A DNA stretch of 64,000 bases, taken from the NCBI RefSeq assembly GCF_006345805.1, contig NC_043000.1, forward strand, positions 53,692,001 to 53,756,000. Direction: 5' to 3'. This document shows, one piece after another, positions 25,011 through 37,620 of this stretch. Position numbers and translations under genes: made by a program. The stretch comes from Octopus sinensis (lineage: Eukaryota). The number at the start of each line of letters is the position of its first letter. The first letter of the stretch is position 1. The notes beneath the pieces are model-generated. The model worked only from the letters and a program-made list of their open reading frames with translations, did no database searches and had not been told where the DNA came from.

Positions 25011-26767
25011 ATTATAATAATATTTATTTCTTTGATGAAAAACTAAGCAAATTTTTAAAGCTTTTCTTTAGTTAGTGGAGATGATGAAGAACATATTGGT
25101 TGTAGCGTTGATGATTATGACAATTTATTAGCACTACTGGTGTAGCGAAACAGAAAATAAAATATTTGTTATAATATAAATATTAAATATTTGGTAATAA
25201 ATTTGTCAACATAGTAAAATCTAAATTGTCATCAGCAGAGAACAAACTATTCATTGCCTTGCTGGAAATCAGCTTCAACTACCGATTTATTCGATCAGCT
25301 TGGAGCTTAAAATATAGCTTTGGGTGACATCCTTGTGTCAATCTTCTCACCTTTTTTTAATAACATTTCGCAATGGAAAACGTAGTCTTCATTAATTTTC
25401 TCTTCAAATATTATTTGAAGATTTGAATAATTGTTTTTTTTGTGAGATGGACATTGGATCTCTGCGCTATTACACCTTGGCCATGTCTTTTGTAAATGTT
25501 GAAATATTCATGGGAAATGTGATTATCCTTGCCGAAAACAATTCGAGGTGCAATTTTAATAACTGGATTATTAGATAGTGTAATACAAGGTAGTCTGATT
25601 AATATTATATGCTTTAGTAGAACTTTGACATCTGATACACATTAAAAATATCAAGGGGTATTGACCAATAGAATATAAAGCCCTGCTTTATCCCCAAATA
25701 CATGTAGAGGGGATCTGAGTTGTGAATCCTTGCCTCATTTTGGATTCTTGATTTAATAAAAATTTACATAAATATGATATTTATTTAAAATGTTGTGCAT
25801 TAAATGAAAGTTGCTTTTGAAATTATTTTACATTTTTTAGTCAGAGGAGGAACGGAGTACACATATTTTGGAGGGTAAAACCTAATTTGTGAAAAAGAAT
25901 CTAATTTTGAACAAAAGGTTTGAATAAGATGTTTTCAGTAAACATTTATTAACACATAAAGCGCGATAGCAACGATCGTGGCCCTCAGGCACAAGTTGAC
26001 ACGCTACGATAGTAGCCGAGATAGATGCATTTAATTCATGGGCGTTTATTTGGGTCTAATAACACTCAATCACTCCGATAACCCCCAGAATGCAAAAAGG
26101 ACCAATAGTTCAACTAATGACTTTTGAGATGATGCAAAACTTGCCATCATTATATACTAAGATAATATTTTAACTATTTGTTTTGTTTTTTATGTGTGTA
26201 TGGTAGTCTCCTTTTCATAATATGTGCTCAGCAGTCCATGCTATGTAACTGCAAACCCCAACACTTTATGGGTTAATCGTGGGTTAACTATTACATATTT
26301 GGGGCTTTGGAAAGCTTAATTCAAAATATTGTGTCATTAGCAGAACTCCAGGTTATCTTACTTATGATTAAGGGAAAAATACAATGATTTGTACTACGTA
26401 TACAAATATTTGCTGAGTATACGTATCAAGATATGTTATTCAGCAAATGAGGTCTTGTAGCTTTTGTAAGTAGATATGCTTGTTGTTTTATACTGTAGAG
26501 ATACTATTGTGCATTATCGATTAACTTCACTGAAGTTATACTCGTCAACGTAATGTATGTCAGTGTTTAGTTATATTTTCAAATAGGAATTCGATTCAGC
26601 GAGTGTCTGCAAATATTATGATGAAAATTATATATAGGGACAATGAAAATAAGAAAATCAGATCTTAAGCTTTATGCATACAAAACTAAAACAGAAATAT
26701 AGTAATCAGCAAAAGCTAGAAATACATGGCGTATTATAAACATTTCAAACGCATATTGAACACCATT

Positions 26768-26966
26768 GGCTTCAAATTTTGGAACTGGGCCAGCATTTTT
26801 TGGGGAGGGATAAGTTGTTTACAGCCAACCTAGAACTCAAATGGTACTTATTCTATTGATCTTAAAAGTCGACCTCAGCGGTATTTGAACTCAGAAAGGA
26901 AAGATGAACGAAATGCAGCTATGCATTTTGCCCAGCGAGCTAACGGTTCTGCCAGCTCGCCTCCTT
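26768..26966 (-). mobile_element. MetaSINE
   Basis: aaagtcgacctcagcggtatttgaactcag...gctaacggttctgccagctcgcc. Confidence 0.8.
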
Positions 26967-26997
26967 CGTATTGAAAATCCCTGTCATGAAAAAAACT

Positions 26998-27200
26998 AAA
27001 GCAGTGAGCTGGCAGAATTTTTTCCGTGGCGAAAAGAAATCGTGGTATTTCTTCCGGTTTTTTATATTTTGAGTTCAAATACTATTGATGTTTATTTTGC
27101 CTTTCATCCTTTCTGTTCGAGGAAATAAGTACCAGTTGAGCACAGGAATCGAGTTATGCGTTCCATCAGAATTGCTGGCCTTGTACAAAATTTGAGAGAG
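26998..27200 (+). mobile_element. MetaSINE
   Basis: agcagtgagctggcagaat...gagttcaaat...ttgcctttcatcctttc...ataagtaccagttgagcac. Confidence 0.8.
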
Positions 27201-29496
27201 TTATACAAAACTGCACATTTGATCAACCTTTTATGTAGATCATAAGACAGCTTATGAGAAATGTTAGTTCCTTACCGAAGGAATAAAACGTGTCAATTTT
27301 AAGTCTAACGTAAAATGCAAACTCCTCCATCGGTTCTCTTTAGTGACCTCCAACCACCAAAAGAGAAACACAAATCTATCACAATACAGCGGTTGTAGTA
27401 CTACAATTAAGTGATTAATTTTTATGGAAATTAAAAGCGAATACAAACTTACCAAATTGAAAATTGTAAAATATCACCTATTCGTTGTTAAAGTCGTTTG
27501 GATGGTCAAAAATACAAAAAGAACATTCACAATCTTAAATTACAGGTATATAGTTATTAAATGTAAGAATCTCTTTCTTATTTTGTGCAGGTTAATTTTC
27601 GGTTGCTTTGTACTGAATCCATCTGTAGTACGTATCAGTTCAGAGTTACGTTGGAACAGATATATCTGATTTAGGATAATTAAAACAGAAAACTTAACAT
27701 TTTTTAAAGAATTCAACATAAAGCTTATAATAAACAGATACTTGATATTAGCAAATTTTTAATTATAACAAATTATATAAAAACATTAGAAAATAGCACT
27801 GTAGACGAAGGAGTAAGCAAGAAAATATATGCATAAATAAGGACAAAGTCACTCGTAACAGAATAAGATCTGACTTATACCTAGATAACCCTCAGAATAT
27901 AAAATATTCCTTAAAGCTACTCCTATCTTCAAAAAGAAGTGGTCTTATTAACAATGTGAAATGCATAAAAAAGCTCACACCAACAAATACTGATGAAAGA
28001 AATCGAAATCTAAGATAGTTAAATCGCTTATATAGTAGAGATCGGGCTAAACACTAAAACAAGAAACATTTTAGGATATTACCCACAACTCTACATAAAT
28101 AAAAATTTATTTCTTTAAGTATGTAAAAATCAATTATGATCATCTGTGCTTGTTTGGGAAGTGTAAGATCGCACATCATCAAATACAATCAGACACAGAA
28201 GTACTGCAAGCAATCTGAATGTAAATATGAACGCAAAGCTCACTGACCCCTTAAGAAAAAATGAGTCAAATGAGACTGTGTAAAGCTGACTAGTAGAGAA
28301 AATATCTCAAAAATAAAGTGACTACTGCTGCAAAAGTGAATGCGTATGACGAATGTAGTAGCAATTGTAGTGTGTACAACTACAAAGAGAGAATATTCAG
28401 TTTCTGCACGAATATATTTATTATGACAGTAATATATTCTCTTTAAAAACAATTATAGTTCAAATGGCAATCTTCCAAATATCACTGTTCAGGATATATT
28501 TGAATATATAATTGAAATTATCTATATTGATTTAAATATATGTATTGATTCAATAAAAAAAGTCCTTGCCCATGAACCTACAAGAAAATCGAACTTGGTT
28601 ACATTTTTTTCGAATGAACATCTAAACCACTCCAAATATATGAGATAAGATAGATGATCTATGTTTGATTTAGATGTGAGACAGTTTTTTTTATCAATCC
28701 TATGTCATGAAAGATCATTCCACTGCACACTATGTATGTGTAAACACAGACACACACAAAGACACGCACACACACACACACACATCATGTATAATGATGT
28801 AAAGAATAACAAATACTAGCGAGTGAAAATTTCGAAATTTTAAAATCAATTTTCTGACGATATTTGTACTATTTTTTGTACACATTGCATTAAATTGATT
28901 GCAAACATCTATAAATAAATAGACAAAAAAAAAAGGGAAGAAATATTAAATCATTTACGACCATCTCTTAGAAACTGTAATGTTTGAATCATATCTTTAA
29001 TTTCAGCACTAAAACTGTTGTTGATATGTTTTATATATATTGATGTTGTTTTGAATAATAAAACATGTGATGCAAGCGGAATTTGTAAACATAATTTAAT
29101 GTTTTTTAAAGACAATTGCAAATGTTTCTTTTCATTTGTATTTAAATCGCATTGATTAATTTCAATGTTTTATTATTCATAACTTTTAATGCTTCATTAA
29201 AAAGTCACTCTTTGCTTCTCTTATGCTTAAAGAAAAATGTTTTCGTTGTAAACTAAAAATAGCATTAAATACCTATTAATATACGTATTGAGAATTAACA
29301 TGCGTAAAACGTATTATACTTAAGTCTATTTTTACTGGATTCGTGTTGTGGTACAATCTTCAAGCTTTAGTTGGTTATATCGTGCTCAATGCTCATTTGA
29401 CTAAGATGTGTTGCACGGCTATATTATTGAACAAAACGCCTCACTTAAAGACTAATGAGTATATGTATAAATGCTTTTATTGCGTAATTTGAAATG

Positions 29497-29660
29497 TATA
29501 CAAGGGAGTGCTAAAAGGTTTCTGGCTTTATGTGTATCGCGAAAGGCCTGGCTGGAGGCCCAACCTTCTGAATTCTTTTACAGGGCGTAGAAAAACTGAA
29601 AAACAAATGCTGTATTAAGTGTGTGAATCTGAGAGGCAAATCTATTGAATAAAATAATAG
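29497..29660 (+). mobile_element. Truncated mariner-derived MITE
   Basis: TA-led mariner-type end tacaagggagtgctaaaaggttctgg and transposase-terminal remnant aagtgtgtgaatctgagaggcaaatctattgaataa (KCVNLRGxxxE*). Confidence 0.55.
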
Positions 29661-29944
29661 GATACTTTTGCAAAGGAGTGTGCAGTGGTCGTCTCCAAAA
29701 AGTTCTTTTTACAAGCATAAAACCAGTGAGTTTTTTATTCGTTGTTTCTATATACTTCGAACTGGGTGGAGCATTTTCTTGTAAAAAGCGATCCGAGTGC
29801 GTGGCATTAACAAGCTGCATGCGCTGAAATGCGCGTTGTGCATCTAACATTTACATGGTCGCTTCCGAGACGAAATCGTCTGGTCAAGCTTTGAAGTATA
29901 TGCTTTTCTGAACACGCTGCAAAGGAGCTCTAAGTAGACCACCT

Positions 29945-30655
29945 CAGCTTCCTCGCAACAGGGAGACTTCAAAAATAGGAACCAGGAACCTGCGCTCATC
30001 ATATGGAGGACATTGGTCCTCAGGCGTCTAGAGTACTGCTCTTGGGGGTCACCTTACACTGTAGGAGTAATAGCAGACCTTGTAGCGGTTCAGCGATACT
30101 ACACGAGGAAGATTGCATCAATGGAGCGGCAGAGCTACTAGGAGAGACTGCAAGAGCTACGACTGTACTCCCTGGAGCAAAGACAGGAGATTTATGCTGC
30201 AATATATGTCTGAAAGATACTGGATGGGCTGGCAACAAACTTTGGAATTGATAGTTATAGCAGGCTTTGAAATGGACGTCACTGCACTGTTCCAAATGTC
30301 CCAGCTCTCTGTCATCTAAGACGAAGATCATGTACTGCAATAGCTTGGAATTCAAAGACCTACATCTATTTAACTCATTGCCAAAACATCTGATGGATCT
30401 CAATGGAGTGGGATTAGATGTTTTCAAGAAACAGCTTGACCTCTGGCTATCCAAGATCCCAGATGAGCCAATATCAAGACAGGAAACTCAAAAGAGGGTA
30501 GCGGTATCGAACTCCTTATTCGCCAAAAGCCAATCCATTAGATATATAACCATAATATATAATATTAGATAACCCAAATCACCTTATAATTGGCTAATTA
30601 AAAGGGGATTACACGTACCGTGCCCCAATCTGCCTGCAGCCTCAAGGCTGAAGCA
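29945..30655 (+). mobile_element. CR1-clade LINE 3' fragment (decayed)
   Basis: IWRTLVLRRLEYCSW, VQRYYTRKI, SY*ERLQELRLYSLEQR, LFNSLPKHL, VFKKQLDLWLSKIPDEP; 3' stem-loop at 30637-30650. Confidence 0.85.
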
Positions 30656-30658
30656 TAT

Positions 30659-30704
<46 letters not shown>

Positions 30705-30809
30705 TGGGAGAGAGAGAGAGAAAGAGATAGAGGAGAGAAAGAATGGTATATATACACGCACATACATATACACATACTCTCTCTCTTTCTCTCACACACA
30801 TGTATATAT

Positions 30810-31185
30810 ATGGCCGTGTGGTAAGGAACTTGCTTCCCAACAACATGGTTCGGGGTTCAATCCTAATGCGTAACACCCTGGGCAAGTATCTTCTACTATA
30901 GCCTCCAGCTGACCAAAGACTTATGAGTAGATTTGGTAGACGGAAATTGAAGAAACCCCATTGTATACACACACACACAAAAATATATATATATATGTAT
31001 GTATAAATTTTGTGTTTGTGTCTGTATTTGTTTTCTATCATCGCTTGGCAACTGATACTGGTGTGTTTACGTTCCCGAAGCCTAGCGTTTCGGCAGAATG
31101 GACTGACAGAATCAGTACCGGGCTTACAAAGACTAACTCCAGTATGGCCACAGTCAAGACGACTGAAACAAGTAAAAGAATAAAT
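30810..31185 (+). mobile_element. tRNA-derived SINE family A, full length
   Basis: tggccgtgtggtaag A-box, ggttcaatcc B-box, ctgggcaagtatcttctactatagcc body, internal CA/TA microsatellite, tail ggccacagtcaagacgactgaaacaagtaaaagaata. Confidence 0.9.
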
Positions 31186-31369
31186 ATATATGTGTGAGTG
31201 TGTGTGTGCGTGTGTTTGTGCGTGTGTTTGTGTGTATGTGAGTACAGAGATCACCAAAGAAATGTATACACACTCAAAGAAAAGAAAAACGTGTAAAATA
31301 TTTTTATACTAAATTCATTTAGGCATCTCGATTAAAAGAAGTTATCTTTAATCTATGCAATTACAAGAG

Positions 31370-32600
31370 GCGCTCAAAGCGGTAGCTGTTATGACCCAAT
31401 CACTCATTACTCTGGTGATCTGCTATTTGGGCTACGTTGGTCAAGGTGTTCAGTGGAATGATGGGCATGCCGCTGCAACCGGCTCCTCGAACGGCTGATT
31501 GGTGTAACCAGTTTGCTGTGATACATGACATCTCTCAGGGTACCGCATAACTTAAGTCTAGCAGGAATTAAATCAGAAAAAACGGGCGCAGAACGCAATT
31601 GTCTCTCATCAACCTATCCAGTATCCTTGCAAATCTTAACTAAGTATTTTCGTACATCAAGGTAGTACTGTGGCGGTGCGCCCTCTTGTTGAAAAAACAA
31701 ATTCGACTGAATGGCAAAGAGAATGTCGGCAGACACTTACGCTAATCCACAAGGCGCGTAAGACCGGCAGCGGAAATACCACCTCTGCATTGCACAAAGG
31801 GTTGGTAGAGTTTAAAAGTGGCGATGTCCTAAGAGAGACTCTGGGACTCGATGGGGACCAGCTATCCAACCTATTTCGGAACACGTTCAGGGCGGGGTAT
31901 TTGGACAATTACCAAAGATCCCTGACCTGGCAGTGTTTAAGGAATGCGTTACCTCTTTACGAGAAATTGTCCACGCACAGAATTTCAGTGCCACCCGAAT
32001 GTCCAAGATGCGGACAGGATAAGGAAACTATCCTGCACGCTCTTGTACAGTGCACCCAGCTTTCAGGGATGACAATTTACGTAGAACACATGTTGTGTCA
32101 CTTGGGAAGAGTACAGCTCTCGACTGAGTCTGTGATTAAGAATGTACCACCCACCGGACTATCTAAGAAAGGTAAGGATTATTTTCTATGTACAGTCGCA
32201 GTTATGAATGAGTGTGCATGAAGAACTAGAATGCAATGTTTGAAGTCAGGGGCCTTCATCTCCGGCCCTGGAATGCTATATTACTTCAGGTACCACCTGA
32301 AAAGCAAGATAGGAGTGGTGAGAAGGCACCTGTCGAAAAGAGCATATGAGGAATGCTGGAAAGATGTGGTAAGGAAGTTGGGAGTGAGTGTCCATACTTA
32401 ACCCATCCATGGTAAAAAGAAAAGGTGTAACCGTTGGAACTTAATAAAAGGTAAAAATGAAGTAATATCAAAATCAAAAATATATATGAGTCAATTTTTA
32501 ATATATTTTCATAAAAAACTCGCTAAATAACACCTTTTAAATGTTCGTAGTGTCTTGTGCTGTCTTTTCTATGTTTGATTGTAATTAGCGTAATAAAAGA
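31370..32600 (+). mobile_element. L1/Tx1-clade LINE, ORF2 C-terminus and 3' UTR
   Basis: ORF 31670-32221 contains PECPRCGQDKETILHALVQC (L1-type CCHC finger) and continues past a stop as YFRYHLKSKI to 32400. Tail tgtgctgtcttttctatgtt...aataaaagaaaa. Confidence 0.85.
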
Positions 32601-32615
32601 AAAGGCCATGCTACT

Positions 32616-32655
32616 CCAGACTGATGACGAGCAAGACACAGAAACTAGTCTCTGG
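32616..32655 (+). ncRNA. Candidate type I minimal hammerhead ribozyme
   Basis: CCAGA-CTGATGA-c-gag-caaga-cac-a-GAAAC-TA-GTC-TCTGG: intact core, GUC cleavage triplet, 5-bp stem I, palindromic stem III (ACTAGT), one mismatch in stem II. Confidence 0.55.
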
Positions 32656-32804
32656 CTGCAGGCTTAGCTGGGTGGCTGTGCTTGTGTCCCCCTTCTAAAC
32701 ATAAGGACACAGGAAATATGTTAAGGCCGACAGGACGCGTTGATGCTTCCTAGGGCTAAATAGCAGTGGTGTTATTCCCTTCATGGGACTGTCGCATTAC
32801 ATAC

Positions 32805-32904
32805 ATACATACATATATATATATATTTTATATATATGTATATATGTATGTATATATATATATATTATATATATATATAATATATATATATATATGAATA
32901 TATG

Positions 32905-32952
<48 letters not shown>
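32805..32952 (+). repeat. (TA)n microsatellite
   Basis: Directly visible. Confidence 0.95.
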
Positions 32953-32955
<3 letters not shown>

Positions 32956-33804
32956 GCCATGTCCGTCTTATATTACAAGCAGCGTGAAAAGAAACTGAAA
33001 CTCTGCAATCAGTATTAATACTGTAATAATCGTTTCAGAATTTGAATTTTCATGGAATCGTTTTGAAACAGACCAAAGAGAAAACAAAAGACAATGAAGC
33101 TAAATAAAAGTATATAAATGATCCGCTATAAATTGTAAAACTTAAAACATATCTTTAGTTGCAAAGTCAAACACTGACGTTAATACGTTTTATATCAGTT
33201 TTATGTTGTCATAAATTTTAAAACATTTGAATCAAATGGAATTTGTAAACATACTCTAAGGATTTTTGTTCGACAAATGCAGATATTTTCTTCATTTCTA
33301 TTTAAACTGCATAAAACGATTTTGAGGTTCTGATATTTTATGTAAAACCTCTACCTGGATCCTGTTAAGGTTTAACAGAAACTCTTTTATCTTAAATGAA
33401 AACTAAAAATAGATTTCATTGCATTTAAAATAAAAATTAATCATTAATTTTACTGAGAGAATACAAAAACATACAATGTAATATATAATATGTATATGAA
33501 CATAAAAATACATATATATACATACATGGATATATAAATTCATATATATGTATATATATATATGTGTGTATAAACATATGCATATTTATATATTACTTTT
33601 TACATTTTACGTGGTTTATTAGTTAGACTGCAGCTAACATGGTGCACGAACATGGAGACTTTGTTTGACTGAATATCATTTGTTTTAAGCCTGGTTCTTC
33701 ATTTATTGATTAAGTAACGGGAACATAAACACACCAACATCGGTCGTGCTGCAGAGACAACCGAAACCTTTAATAAACACACACACACATGCATATTTAT
33801 ATGA

Positions 33805-34130
33805 AGGCCGTGGTAGGATGGTTAGAGTGTCGGGCTCACAATCATGAGGTAGTAAATTCGATTCCTGGACTGAGTTGTGTGTTGTGTTCTTGAACAAGAC
33901 ACTTTATTTCACGTTACTCCAGTTCACTTACGTGCAGAAATGAGATGCGAAGTCTCTGGTGCCAAGGTGTATCGGCCTTGGATAACATCGGTGGCATGGA
34001 GAGGGGAGACGTGTATGCAAGGGTGACTGCTGGTCTTCACAAACAACCTTGCCCAGATTTGTGCATCGGAGAGGAACTTCCTAGAGTCAATCCCATGCTC
34101 ATGAGTAAAGGGGTCTTTACTCTTTATATA
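33805..34130 (+). mobile_element. tRNA-derived SINE family C, near full length
   Basis: ggatggttagagtgtcgggctcacaatcatgaggtagtaaattcgattcc head; ttgaacaagacactttatttcacgttactccag body; tail ggtctttactcttt. Confidence 0.8.
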
Positions 34131-34164
34131 AAATATATATGTCGAGCGTCTTTCAGTTTAGGCT

Positions 34165-34210
<46 letters not shown>

Positions 34211-34224
34211 ACACACACACACAC

Positions 34225-34256
<32 letters not shown>

Positions 34257-34258
34257 TA
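34165..34258 (+). repeat. (CA)n microsatellite
   Basis: Directly visible. Confidence 0.95.
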
Positions 34259-34269
34259 TATATCTACGT

Positions 34270-34690
34270 ATTCCTAACATGAAGATCAGTTGGAAGGCAA
34301 CTTTTGCGCTTCAGAGATAAACTATAAGACATTCGGAAGCGATGCAGCGTTCCCTTTTCTTCCTGGGTAAACATAACATTAGACACGCAGGACCTGCATC
34401 CAGTCGACTCCAACGTTGGGACAAACTTCGTGCAAACATGAAGGCATGCTGGCAAAACTCTGCTCTTCTAAATGGAAACCGTATCTGACATTGTGGTCTT
34501 GTGGCACGAGGCAAAGCAGGCCTTGCCGTCAACTCAAGGAAACATATAGTAAATGATCCACAAACACTCGAACAAAATGAGTCCTCAACTTGTTCCATTT
34601 GCCAAAAGGTTTGCAAGGCACCATCAGGCCTCAAAAGACGCATTCGTGTCCATAAAACATGATTACTGCACACCCATTTGACGTTCCTGA
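34270..34690 (+). mobile_element. RTE-clade LINE 3' fragment
   Basis: Terminal C2H2-like finger TCSICQKVCKAPSGLKRRIRVHKT*; upstream LRFRDKL-type remnant. Confidence 0.65.
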
Positions 34691-35104
34691 TGAGAGAATC
34701 CATAATGTATCCATGCATGCATGCATACATACATACGTATATAATAGCGAATAGGAACATGTACCTGTGTATGTGAAAGTGTGTGTAGGCTGGCATGGCT
34801 ATTCTGTTTAAGAAGCTGATTTAGTAACCACACGGATTTGGTTTCATTCCCACTACGTTGTAGGTGTTATCGATGGCTTGGGAAGGCATTTGGTTGAAAG
34901 AAGCTCTTTCGCAAACCATATTTTACTAAAATATTTAAATGTATAATTACAATTTTTGCTTTGGTGAAGTATAATCGTTCTACAGTTATCTGTTTATTGC
35001 GTGTTATTTCAATTTCTAGTTCACTTGATAACATTCAAGAATTTTTCATTGATAAATATGTTTTTCTGTCTGAATATACGATTGCTATTTTTGTTTGTTT
35101 CTGA

Positions 35105-35280
35105 AATCCACTATTGGTTTGTTTCCGTTCCTGCTGCTTAGTGCTACGGCAATATATGCTAGTAGAATAAAAGTGCCAGACTTAAGTGTAAGAACTATGG
35201 CAGATGTTATTGACTTTACCTATGAAGGCGCTGTTGCATAATGGCTGCAGTTAAATACACGTAACAAGTAAAAGAATACA
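35105..35280 (+). mobile_element. SINE family A tail (degenerate)
   Basis: ggtttgtttccgttcc...aatggctgcagttaaatacacgtaacaagtaaaagaata. Confidence 0.55.
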
Positions 35281-36849
35281 AAAATACACAGAAAAACACA
35301 AGATCATTTCTGAATATTAAGTACACATGTATAAACCATATGAAATAGTATAAAGTAAATTTACGAATGTTTAATATCAATTTTATCGATGTAATATTTT
35401 ATTTTACTATTCAGTTTTTCATAGGAAATTATTGTAAATAACCAAAAAAGAGAGAATATGCGGAAATAAATTATTTACCTCAATATGTTAGATAAAAACT
35501 GTGTTGCTTAAAACATTGACGTTAAGTTATATATATTTATATGTCTATGTTTTTTGAATCGTAAAATATGTTATGCAAAGGGAAATTGTTAACAATTAAA
35601 TGCTTATTTGAAAAAGTCGTAAATATTTTCTTTCATTCCTTTTTAAATTATCTGAACAAATTTTAATGTTCTGATACTTTATACATTTCAATACTTCATG
35701 AAAATTTCCTTTTGCTTCTACCAGGCTCTAAAGAAAAATAATTTTTTTTTAATGTAGGGAAAAAAGATTTAATTACTTATTAAACATTACGTATTAACAT
35801 TTAGATTCGTTAACGTACCTAAAAATGTCACATAATTTTACGAGAGTCATGGACTGAGGACTTGTTGATGCACCACTTCAATGGCTGTAGTCAATGGCAT
35901 CGAGCCATTGCATATTTCAAAGCCTATTTAGTAAGTCACTAAGTTCGGAATATAAACTTCTTACAATCCAAACTAAACAACACTGTATATCATTGTAGAC
36001 ATACAGTGACAGGCGACTCTTTCTCTTTCTCTCACTCTCTCTCTAACTTACTCACTCACACTCTCTCCCTCTCTCTTTGTATCTTTCACATACACTCATG
36101 CACAAAAACACAATCATATATATCCCTATCACAAAATTTTACTTGTTTTGTTATGTGCAATTTTTGTTTTTGAGATAATCCTTCAGTAGTGCTAGTCATT
36201 CAGTTGCAACTGCATCTATTGTTTATACAAGCTTTATTTTATTGTTGACTTTCAGTAAATGAGTGAATTTGATATTGCTGCTGGCTTTGTTTTTGTTAAT
36301 TAGGTTATTTAACTGGTTCTTCAATTAATTTACTTCTACTCTATTTGAATGTGTCATTTTTTTTCAGCGGGTTTTTGAAAACCATCGAACTCAAATACTA
36401 ATTGATTGTACGATTTGTCACTATTTCAAAAAGGTGTGTCATAGCATCCTCTTGGGCGGTTAGACTCAGCATTGTAGGATCTTGGTAGAGGTGAGTAATG
36501 GCCCCTACAGTGATTGGAAATTTCCTATCGTTTTTAATGTTTGTATGCGTTTTTGTATTCGACTGTATGTCATGATTCTACTCCAAACAAATATATTTTG
36601 ATAACACAATTTTGTGTTTTTCTTAATTCGTCGACCAAATAACAGCTGTAATTTTCATTTGTAGGTTATTGGGAATGGAAAATCTCCATTTAAGTTCATA
36701 AACTGCTGTTCAAAACTAGGAGATTGTCGAAACTGTAATGATAATATTTTGAATCAGCTACCTAACAGAACATTTTACACTAAAATTATGAGTATAATAG
36801 ATAAAATATTTATCTCTCTGTTTCCCCATGAAAAGTAGTGTGATTAAAC

Positions 36850-37620
36850 GAATATGTTTTATGTTGGCTTCAATTTTTCAACCAAATTTAGAAGCCTATT
36901 CAAAACATCAAATTAACTAAGATAAAACTAAGTTATTCTCACGAATTTCTCATTTGATCGAAATAATTTCAAATAAATATTTTAGTACTGTCAAAAAACT
37001 GAAAATAATCACTTGGTTTTAAATAAAATTGAGAATGAAGTTTTGGATCCTAATATTAATATTTGGTACAGCGTAAGAGCAATAAAGCAAAAATTTGTAG
37101 GCAAGGATATTAAAATGCGGAATAAAAACTAAGAGGAAAATACTCAATGTATAGTACCTAACTTTGGAACTTACTCAGAAAATTACTTGAAGAAAATATT
37201 AACATAATTAGGTTTACGAAACATTTTTTTACTGTCGAAAATCCGTTGAGACATAAAAGAGTCGAATATTTCTCTCTTTGAAGCTATGATATTAAATGAG
37301 ACTGTTAAAGAAAGCATTGAATTACAGTAGGAAAGTATTCATTATCTTAAATAGGCACACAATAAACGAAATAAAAATTTTGGACTATATATTTTTTTAC
37401 TACGAAATTCTAGTGGAGAAAATCCTTTTATAGATGTTGCATCATTTGTTCTAAATATCTGAATATCATTTTCCATCACATCTCGAGGCAGAAGGATTAT
37501 TCAACAGCATGAATATTATGAAAACCAAATTAAGAAATAAGTTCCAACATTCTTTCAAAACTTCAAGCTATTCTCACCGAAAATATGACCTGAAACGGCT
37601 TGATAAATGCTGCAAAGCTT
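36850..37620 (+). mobile_element. Possible hAT transposase remnant
   Basis: PSHLEAEGLFNSMNIMKTKLRNK near 37470-37545 resembles the hAT dimerisation domain (AERxFSxMNxIKTKLRN). Confidence 0.45.

Noticed and set aside
27985-28020. CTGATGA...GAAA hammerhead-like string
   Set aside because: Neither stem I nor stem II can pair; likely a chance match.
33805-33875. tRNA-like sequences with A and B boxes (also at 30810, 53773, 58975)
   Set aside because: They run into SINE bodies and lack an acceptor stem, so they are SINE heads and not tRNA genes.
35892-35910. CAATGGC-atcga-GCCATTG hairpin with inverted Sox-like sites
   Set aside because: A 7-bp stem is expected by chance in 64 kb and has no supporting context.
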